This document shows, in pieces, positions 51,051 through 60,866 of a DNA stretch of 60,866 nt. Every line of letters starts with the position of its first letter. Position 1 is the stretch's first letter. The notes beneath the pieces were generated by a model. The model was not told the origin of the DNA and ran no database searches. It saw nothing but the letters and a program-made list of their open reading frames with translations. The position numbers and the translations under genes were made by a program. This DNA comes from Girardia tigrina (Eukaryota), in assembly GCA_001938485.1 (NCBI GenBank), contig MQRK01223612.1, forward strand, positions 1 to 60,866, written 5' to 3'.

Positions 51051-52630
51051 CAGTGCTTAACATAATTTTAAGACCACCCAAATTAAAACTATTTTTAATC
51101 ATCTTTGGTATTTGTTTACTTTAACTTTTAATAATAGACACTAAGTTTTGTTTTTCCTAAAGTTTTTTCCAATAGAGCTTGAATTTGATGAAAATGATCA
51201 TTTTGTGGAAAATCGTCACGTAGGTGAGTAACCTAATTTATAAAATTCTTTATTATTGCATATTATATTACACATGACTTACTACAGCGTTTACTTTTAT
51301 GCAAGTCAATTTCATTGACTTTTTCTAGTTAATTAGTTGTCTAATGATGTATGATATGTGTTTAATGACGTTCTATAATGTTTTAGCAACCTTGACCTTG
51401 ACCTTTACACAGATATCACCATATTATCGATTGATTTGTAAATGTCGCGGTGGTTACTGTGACGGGGCTTCAATGTCACTGATTAAGTGAATAGTGTCCG
51501 TACATCGTATAAAAACTGGATTTTGAGTTGACGGTGTTCGATTTATTGAAGAAGCGGATTATCGAGATCGTATATCCCCAGGTGATGGAGTGCGATCCGA
51601 CATTCAAAATAAGAGGACCCTGGGTCGATAAGAAGTACGGAAACGTGCCATTGGCATTCCACGGATTGAAAAAGCTGTCGAATACTGAGCTCCTCTGAAC
51701 ATTACCACTGTAGTCTACTAAAACTTTTTAATGACAATAAACGATTTGTATCCCAGAAATTTCTTCTGAATTTTTGTAGGGCTCATCAAACAAAACTTTG
51801 ATTACTCATTGGTTTGATTGATTAATCGCATCGTTATGCGATTTTTTTTATTTACTGCATTTATGCTGTTTAGTTTTTTAATTATATTGGTTAAATAACA
51901 ATCATACGAAGAGGTTCATTCATATTTATGGTATTTTTTTATGTTTTAGAATAATCCATACAAGATGGGTAAGCGATGCAGTCTCTCTCCTACAAAACTT
52001 TCACAGGTTATTGCTCTCAAGAGCATAGACCTTAGTGAAAGAAATATTTCCAGTCAACTGGGGATACCCAAGACTGCCGTCCATGGAGCAATTGTAAAGT
52101 ATAAAACGTCAGCATCATTCCGTGATGCACCCTGAGCAGGCGCTCCGAAGAAACTACGCCAGTCGATAACCGCGTAATTCGACGAATGGTAGTTGCTAAC
52201 CCTCGCATCATCACTTGTGACATTGGGGTTAATCTACAGGAGTCAGGTGTGAAGGTCAATAGGATGACCATCAGCAGGTGATTAAAATTGATGAACCTAT
52301 CAGCCTACAAGCCAACCAGAAAGCCAATGTTAACAAAAGCGATGAAAGTGAAGCGCCTCTACTTTGCAAATCAACACAGACATTGGACAGAAAACAACTG
52401 GCAGATAGTTATGTGGTCAGATGAGTGTTCAATTACTCAGTTTGTGGAACGTATTTCACATGTAAGAAGGCCTATTGGAGCTCGATATAGCGAAAGGTAT
52501 ACAGTACCAATGATGAAACATCGGCTTCAATAATGATTTGGGGATGTGTGAGCAGCTATGGGCGTGGGGCTTGGTGATCTTGGAAAAGAATGTAAGAATG
52601 AATTCCAAGATATATACTGACATGCTAAAG
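51051..52630 (+). mobile_element. Tc1 transposon, 3' truncated, transposase decayed
   Basis: TA|CAGTGCTTAAC TIR; MGKRCSLSPTK.. from 51964; RKPMLTKAMKVKRLYFA..HWTENNWQIVMWSDE; MIWGC. Confidence 0.9.
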
Positions 52631-52639
52631 ATTCCCTGA

Positions 52640-53033
52640 TACAATCCATTGCCATACAAAATTTTGGCTTTATACATATCTTAACGTTGTGACCGGATTG
52701 CAAGCAATTAAAACATAATCTCTTTTCCATAGCCACATCCCGACGCTGATCTACTGATAGTTTTTCGAATAACTCACACTGATTTATGTAATTATCTTCA
52801 TGACAAAATTGACACGCTATCCTTTTTCTTCCTGAAATCTCGTCGATCGATCCGCTGGACACACTCCTTTCAACGTAGTTCAAAAATGTATTTTTCCTCA
52901 TCGGTTCCAGCAGTGACTTCTTTAGAACCTCATCTGTCTTTTTCAAATAGTCGCTGAAATTTTCATGTTCAAGAAATTGGTTTTGCAACAAAAATCTGTT
53001 ATTTTTGTTCTTCATTCCATTTCTTTTGTCCAA
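52640..53033 (-). pseudogene. BEL/Pao gag zinc-knuckle fragment
   Basis: CQFCHEDNYINQC..LSVDQRRDVAMEKRLCFNCLQSGHNVKIC. Confidence 0.85.
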
Positions 53034-53851
53034 GAAAAAGTATTAATTTACGAATAAAACTGAACTCTAATGAATTTTTAAAATAGGTTAAATCACTTTC
53101 ACCGATTGGTTTAGATCTAGATTTTTTGGTTGAAGAATATGCTTCGAATAAGGGCAAATATCCAAGACTAAAGACCACAATAAACCGTCTATATATTATT
53201 GATCACAGATTCGGCAATATCAATCATTTTCATTGATGATTTGATAAACATTATTATCGATTTATATTTATTCGTTTTTTTATATCACAAATAAGAAATA
53301 ATGATTTCAAAAAAAGTGACGAGATTAATTTAACTTTTATTTATTTTTAACCACAATAATTTGACAATCATTTCATCATTTCTTCGATTGTTGTCTCATT
53401 ATTCGTTGATTACTCGTCTATTTCTTACTGCCACCTTTTCACTAACTCCCGAGAGAACTTTCTAATGATCATGTGATAGAAATCTCCTCGACCATATTCT
53501 CCATCTTTATTTGATTTGAAAAGGTATATCAAATAATCTAGAAGCTTGATAACCGCTTCTAAGATCTTCGATATTATCCTTTATTGGTCGCAGCCTTTGA
53601 AGGTATTCCGGCAAACAAAGGAACAAATAAAAGCCTAATTTATGTAATTAATGTCCACGGAGTTTTATATTATAAATACAATAACGGAGCTTTCAATTCG
53701 GAGACATTTTTACAATTTTTAAATAAAGGACTTCTTGACTATTTAAATGCCAATCCAAGCAAAATTCCTGTTATGGTCAATGCTACGATTCACAATTCGA
53801 TCAATGTAAAACAATTTTTACCCTCAAGAAATATTTCCTATAAGTTTTTTA

Positions 53852-55259
53852 TATTGGGTATTTAATTTGAATTTGAATTTTAAACACAGAAATCAGAAGG
53901 ATTTGTTTGGTGTTCGGCGCTCAATTATCAGACCCAACGTTTAAACTCGATGAACTCTGATTCCAATAAATAACAAACTTCTTCGAATAATCGTTTATTT
54001 AAATATACAAATACAATCTTTGAGCAAAGGTTTGTACAACTTTTTAAATGATTGGAGGAGATATTATAAGATGCTATACAGATTAGAAGATATTAAAATA
54101 ATTCTGGAATCCTATACAGGAATTTTGTTTCACTAATTAATTTTTCTTGCTTTTACTCAATTTTTGCTTTTTTATTTTTTTAGCTTTTTGTATAAAAATA
54201 TTGCTATATAAAAATATTTATACAACATTTTATATGATATCTAAATATTGATCAGGAATATCAAAAATCTTGTATTGATGTGTAGATGGAATCACCACTT
54301 AGTGTTTGCAAGCTCTCGATTGTTTGTTTTTTTTACGTGTTCGTGCATTAAGAGTTTTTTTGTCAGCAGAGCTTTTCTTGATAAACTTGTTGAGTTAGTG
54401 ATCTTGTATGTGTTTGGGCAAACGGTCGCTGATAACATGAGCACCTTGATTCATGATTAATAAAAATTTTAATCATCATTCAAATCCAGGGTCGATTTGT
54501 TGTTATTGTTATTTTCATGGACAGGTTGACCAAATAATAGGTAAAATAATTGGTAAGTACAATACTAATATGATGTACAATACCATTCGAGATGGGAGGC
54601 CCACATTGGTAAGTAACATAACAAGGTAGATCAAATTATCATATGAAATAAAAGCTTTCCGGTAAATAGGAATGACAGTGAAAGACACATTTTAATATCA
54701 TTTATATAAAATATTTTAATTAAAAAATTTTCTTTTTTAAAAAAAAATTTAAAAAATTATTATTTTGAAAAGGCCAATTAGGCCAAATAATCTCTTAGTT
54801 AGGCCATTAAGGCCAAAATCCAATAATTAGTCTATTAAGGCCATCGAATAAGTCAATTAGGCATTAGGCCGTGTCATATTACAAATTCCAATTAGGGATA
54901 AAAATTGATGATCAAACTCATCGATGAAATTAGCTAATAATGAAATGGCCTAATGGCCAATTTCTTATTGGTCGGCTGATAGGCCGATCGAACAAAAAGG
55001 GGAATATTCCCCAGAATTTTCATTTTTTTCAAAAAAAAATTCAAAAGACCATCTATACAATTTTTATATTTATTTTATTTAATAGATTTTTTTAGATATA
55101 TTTTTCTCTAAAACCATAAGCTCCCAAAATTCGGAGCCATTCCGGAAATGAGGCAAAATAGTTCCTCATTCCCAAGAATGACCGAAAGAGGAGCCTCAAG
55201 CTTCAAAAAATTTTTTTATATAAAGTTAATTACCGTATGGTACATTATTTATATATACA

Positions 55260-55292
<33 letters not shown>

Positions 55293-56524
55293 ATTTTTAT
55301 ACACAAGACCTCAACATTAATACCTTTGGACGGGATTCCGTGTCTCCACATTATTTTTGAAAGGAGACGGTAATAATCGCCTTTCATTTTTAAGAACACT
55401 TTAATGAGCGGAATTCCATCTCGTTTACGCAATTCAAATTTACAAAGGTCTTNNNNNNNNNNNNNNNNNNNNNNNNNNNNNNNNNNNNNNNNNNNNGTTT
55501 TTACGGAATTATTTTGGTCATTAGAATCTTTTGTATTCTCAGAATCTTCACAACATGCAATAATATCGATATTTGGTAGATTATTTTGGTTACGATAATT
55601 ACAGTTTTCAAAATCCTTATTAAGTAATTCAATACAAGCGGCTCCGACATTAGATTCCAAATCTGCGATTAGAACCAAAACATTAAGCATGTACCTTCGT
55701 GATTCAGAACCAAAAAGTCTATCATATAGATTTAAAGGTGAATTTTTTAAATCAATTAAATTTTCGCCCGAGAAAACTTTTTTTAATCCGTTCAAAATAT
55801 CTTTCAAATAATGAAGAGGTAAAATAAATTTTGCTCTTTTAAATTTAACATTGTAAATATTAGTAATGTCAAAAGAATCAGACATTAATTTTTATTAATC
55901 CGTTGGAAGCTTCAATATTTAATTATAGTTCACTTTTTAATCGAACTTTGTTATTGGATCACAGTTCACCTTTTTAAAATTGTTATTGAAAAATTGTGGC
56001 TGATTTTCATTTTCAAAAAACAAATCACACACCACACACATACTCAAACCAATCACATTCCACATCAAACAAAACATGCACACACACCCACATGCAATCC
56101 AAAGGTTCACTCAATCAAATCACACCACACAATCACACAAACAACTCACTCACCAGACAGACATTAGCATTCAGAATTAAAGAAATTAACATAAAAAAAT
56201 GAGGCTCACCACTTGATTATACATTTTCAATTAAAATTGCATAATTTGACCTCATTCAAATCAATCAATTACCACGAACATTTTCTCTTTAAAAATTCAA
56301 CAATTTCAATAATGAAACTATGAAATTCGGCAATCAAAAAAAAAATACTAAATGTCTGTCTCTTATTTAATTGTTTCCACATTCAGATACCCATTTATTT
56401 AATTTAATTAGTCTATTTAATTTATTTAACTATTTATTTAATTTATTTAATTATATTTTTTAATTATATATTGAAAACTGGCAAAATAAATGTTCGGTCA
56501 AAATTGGCAATTCTCCGCTCCAAC
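53852..56524 (-). mobile_element. Family-B insertion
   Basis: Boundaries come from the split transposase. Termini are GTTGGAGCGGAGAATTG and CCCAATA, with TGGTGAGCCTCA at 56200-56211 and the 24-mer at 55326-55349. The TSD is imperfect. Confidence 0.7.
55226..55885 (-). CDS. Unknown cargo ORF in the family-B element (spans an N gap)
   Basis: ATG start with about 129 open codons before the gap. It occupies the same slot as RPB10 in the other copy. Confidence 0.5.
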
Positions 56525-59500
56525 CTTATTCCCCAGAACTAAATCCTATCGAAGAACTTTTTCGATGATCAAGTATAGATCTTGCTCATACATAAATTTA
56601 AATTCTAACTACGCGATTAAAGACTCTGAAATCTATTTTAGGCAGTGAAAATAATTTTTCTGAACAACGTGTTGGCTTGTTTCGAAGCATGAGAACCTGG
56701 ATCGGAAAAGCCAGAGGATAACAATTTTATAACCCTGTAAATAATTGAAAATAAACTTTTTATGCTATTAATTTTTCTATTGAAATTTTTGTGGCTATTC
56801 GCGAAATTGTTGTTCTTCAAATTAGAAAAGTTTGAATGCCATGACCTTTGTAAGGTACGTCCAGAATTTGTTGTTTCAAATGAACTTTCAACATTTGTAG
56901 TTTTTGCTTCAATCACTTTCAACCTTTATGACAAGTTCGAACAATGAAAATAAATAAAAGCTAGTTAAATAAAGGGTTATATAATTATGAATAAATGGGT
57001 ATATACCGTTACTTGCATTTGATAAAAAAATTATACTAAAAATTCCAATATATTCCAAAATATCTCGAGTTGTTTTTTCTTTTGCACACTTTGTTTGTCC
57101 GGTTGAGAGTATTTCTTTCGAAAGATCATTTGATCCCGACAATCATTTTCAATCCATATAATATCAATTATTTCGAAACTACAGATCTACTTCAAAATTT
57201 ATCGTGAAGACACAATCACAATAACTACAAATATCGAGTGATCATATTTTCTCTCGGACAATTCTCCAAACCAATTATTAACTATCATAATAGAAGACTA
57301 ACTCTGATATTGAAACACCTATTTTCCTGTTACGGTGATTATTACTGTTCCTTCTTTTTTTCTCTGTTATTTTATTATAAACTTAACATCCGTGATTTAT
57401 TTATTAGTGTGATCATTTATTCATATATTTATTTTTATTAATCATAGTAAATAATAAATTTTAAATATTATCTAAAACTCATAGTTACATATAAAAGTGG
57501 GCCAACAGTTATTTTCTTTTAAACGTTATTTTGTTTTTTTTAACTATTGGTCCATTTATATATATAAATGAAAATAAATCCAAAGATTAAATCACAATCT
57601 TTGATCTGTATATTTAAATGCTGATTTCAGTTAATTCTGTAAATTTTAGCAATCATTGATAAAGTTCTTATCCAAAAATATGAAAAATTAAAATTATTTA
57701 TGAATTCAAAATGATTTTGTACTAAAGTTTTTGTAATTGACTATTTCGATTGAATTGATTGAATCTTGTCAAACATTTTTTTATCACATATACAAAAATT
57801 GATTCATTAAAAACTTCTAAAAATTTCTAAAATCGTTTTTTAATTCCTTTAAAAACTTAGATATTTTTAATGTTTTTCAAAATAAGATTCAATTAGTAAA
57901 ATTTTTAATAGTTTTTATTGCAAAAAAAATTTTTTTTAATAATAAAATCAAATTTTAAGGAATATATCGCTACACCTTTCAATTTCAAGACATTAAAATT
58001 GATTCATTTAAAGTTTCTACTATTTTGTATAGTGTACTATTTACCTTTCTCACACCAACCGAAAATATTTATTCCTACTTTTATTTTTTTTGCCTTATCA
58101 TCATTTTTGTCCAATCATGTATTTTATTTGTTTTTTTATTATTTATATTGCGATAAGTTGTTTTCATTGTATTTTTTAACCAGAGTGTACAAATATGTAA
58201 CACCATTTTTTTATTCTTATCGCGTTATTATTTATTATTTTATTTTTATTTGGTCGAGAGTTTCGGAAAAAAAAGGAAGACAGAAATAGGAAAAAGAAAA
58301 TCGAAGTGGGATGATTAATGCCAGAAAATTTCCCCACCGTCATCTAATTATATAATTTAGTATAATACTAATAACAAAATTTAAAATTCAAAAAAAATCA
58401 ACTCATCAATTGCTATGCAATGCTGAAATAATAGTTCCAAAAGACAAAAACATAAATCTTTTTTATTATTACTCCTGCTGAGCAAATTTAAACTATTCTG
58501 TCTCGTACTGAAGTTAACCATTGACGACGATATTTTTTTTATTTATTGGAAATAGAAGAGTTGCCGATTCGATCAAGTCTCTAGAATATTATTACTCCAC
58601 GATCGCGTTTCGCTGCTAATTCAATCGTAACTCATCAATTGACAAAAACAAATTCGATCGTGTTTACTTTATTTATCAAACGTCCTAACGCTGCATAATC
58701 GTGACTTTAGCTCGATTCTCATCCAAAAGACGTTGAAAATTACCCGAGACGGTTACACGTTAATTTCTTGTGTTTATTTATTGCGTTTTTTAACGAATTA
58801 TATATCATTTAACGACATACTCTGTTATTCTAATCATTTGATTATATTTTTATAAAGTAGAAGTAATCTCAAGTTTTAAACAATCAAACCTCAGGTTACT
58901 TCGACATTTTGTTGTGGCGTACGTGATAAAGACACTTACAGAAAAGCAACCAACGACTGAAGAAATAAATTTGTATTGTAATATTTATTATTTAATTTAA
59001 TCTGTTATTTACCTTCTTTGAGAGTCCTGACTCATTTATATTTTGTTGAAAGTTACCCAATCAGCCTTATATAAATAACCTCATAATATTATTATTATTT
59101 ATTAAATATAAAAGTGAGTTTTTTGGGATCACACCTCTTAACCAGAAAACCCATTTTATACTACCCTTTCTTTTTAATCTGACATCTTTCATTGCTTACG
59201 ATCCATCAGAATGACTCTCAGATCCATCACCATTGCTCTGATTACTTGTTTCTTAATTATTTACATCTATATCTATGCAGGACCTAATAAATACCTCTGA
59301 CAAATCTAATCGATAATGTGTATTCAAAAGAAATCATAGTGTTATTAATCCCCGAAATAAGTCTTAAATTAGTACAACAAGTTTTACAACAAGTTTCAGT
59401 CGATACTAACGACGCCTCAGTTGATCGATTCCGCCTCTCATTCCACCACACACGCGACAGAATCATTCAAATACCCCAAATTCACATTGATAAAACGATT

Positions 59501-59890
59501 CACTCAAACATTTCACACAAATTCAAACAAATTCGACAAATTTACTCACTTGATCCAACTTCAACAGAAATTTCGTTCATTCGATTTCATCGATTTAAAA
59601 TGGCTCAATAAAATATCATTTGACGCATTTAAACAAATTTGTCATTTCTGCATTTCACATTTAATGTTTATGTTTAAATGAAAGTCACTTTGTCGGCGTC
59701 ATCTGCCAGAGATTTTTTAATGATAAAAAAAACAAAATAAAAAATGGAATGTTTGAATCAGGAAAAATGGAAAATATGCGGTCAGATTTGCTGGCGAAAT
59801 ACAATATCAAATGGATTTGATTAAAGCGTTATTAATTTATGTTACGATAGAAAATATTTGCAAGATGATAATTGAATAATCACATTATGA

Positions 59891-60170
59891 AATATTATTA
59901 ATAAAAAAAATTTTTTTATAAAAACAACCACGTTTTTCAAGCATTACCAATGCACTAAAAAGAGGAAATTAATTTTTTTTTTCTAGACATGTGCGAAATT
60001 TTATACCTAACCAAAAACGTGGGGTGGATTTCTGAATTACTGCTATTAGTAACTGCTATTTCCTCTTTACTGCTTTTTAGTAACAATCGATCATTTCTAT
60101 GCCCCACGTTTTAGGTAATGCTTGAAAAACGTGGTTGTTTTTATAAAAAAATTTTTTTATTAATAATATT
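59891..60170. repeat. Foldback/MITE-like inverted repeat
   Basis: Arms of about 57 bp at 59891-59948 and 60114-60170, plus an inner pair AAAACGTGGGG/CCCCACGTTTT. Confidence 0.85.
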
Positions 60171-60866
60171 ATTTTACTATTTTTAGTTATCATTTACGAA
60201 TTCAAATCTTTCGATTGATTTCGAATAACAGAAATGATAATAAAACCAAAATAACAGTTTTATTTTAATAAAAGCAAGTTTTATTTCAAAATAATTTTTT
60301 TGTACGTATTAATTAATATTATTGATTTTTTTAATAAAGTAAAAATTTTCATAAAGTTAAATTATAGCATGTGCGGTTTATGTAGAGCCGTAAATGTTTT
60401 AAAATATTGTATTTTCATCGGAAGCAAGTCTGTATAAAAAAATTCAGCTCAATTGGATGACTGAAAGTGGTCGAAAAATCAATCGCAACATTTGTTCCAG
60501 ACAAGAAAGCAAGCTAATAAAAACGTAGTAAAAGGGACTTCATTACAGAATTTTTATCGTATACTGAACAGCTTATTATTACACTCAGTAAGATATTGGT
60601 GAAGATTTGAACTTACCGAAAAAATACTGAAAATTCGTAAAGTTAAGACAAATTAAAAAATAATTATAATAACTGCCTCCGTACACAGTGTACATTTTTG
60701 GTATTTGTAAGTGGGTTATTTGTACCGCCATCATCTTGATGTACGTTTTTTTGTTGCGTGTGAGCCGAGGGTTCGTTATACATATATACAGTTTTCTTAT
60801 ATAGTAAGAGTCATTGTAAATGTAAGTGCCATGTAGTAGGGGAAAAATGGGCATTCTCCCCACATG

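Larger units (their letters stand above)
53584..56600 (+). pseudogene. IS630/Tc1-type DDE transposase fragment split by a 2.7 kb insertion
   Basis: GAFNSETFLQFL..VMVNATIH..ISYKF ends at about 53851, and PYSPELNPIEELF resumes at about 56524. Confidence 0.85.

Noticed and set aside
54778-54870. TTAGGC telomeric repeats
   Set aside because: The motifs are dispersed rather than tandem, and the conserved core is GGCC.
57238-60863. Short F/L/I/Y/K-rich ORFs here and elsewhere in the ORF track
   Set aside because: Their composition is what AT-rich non-coding DNA or transposon antisense strands produce, and no domains are recognisable.

Overview
Very AT-rich, repeat-dense animal DNA; a replication-dependent histone H2B remnant with its 3' stem-loop and short GT-AG introns point to a metazoan. 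I see no clearly intact host gene. Most of the window is decayed transposons: hAT, Helitron, piggyBac-type MITE, mariner/Tc1/Tigger, Zator, Gypsy and BEL. The main observation is a family of 2.3-3.6 kb elements with TGTC(A/G)..(G/T)CAACA or ..CGTAACA ends and exact 4-bp target-site duplications. Four are delimited (3886-12420, 5644-8202, 9670-11994, 20056-22875), two of them nested inside a third, and three more are partial. I recognise no transposase, RT or integrase in them. One end carries a conserved RNA-like fold seen in up to seven diverged copies: a small hairpin, an H-type pseudoknot with compensatory changes, a C(UNCG)G tetraloop hairpin, a bulged stem and a long G-U-rich stem. The other end carries position-conserved spliceosomal introns, plus a covarying hairpin in one subfamily. 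One copy contains an intronless RNF13/RNF167-like RING ligase. A second family (TGTTGGAGCGG terminus, PBS-like 12-mer, invariant 24-mer) carries different cargo ORFs, including an RPB10 fragment. All alignments and folds were done by eye, and coordinates of decayed ends are approximate.
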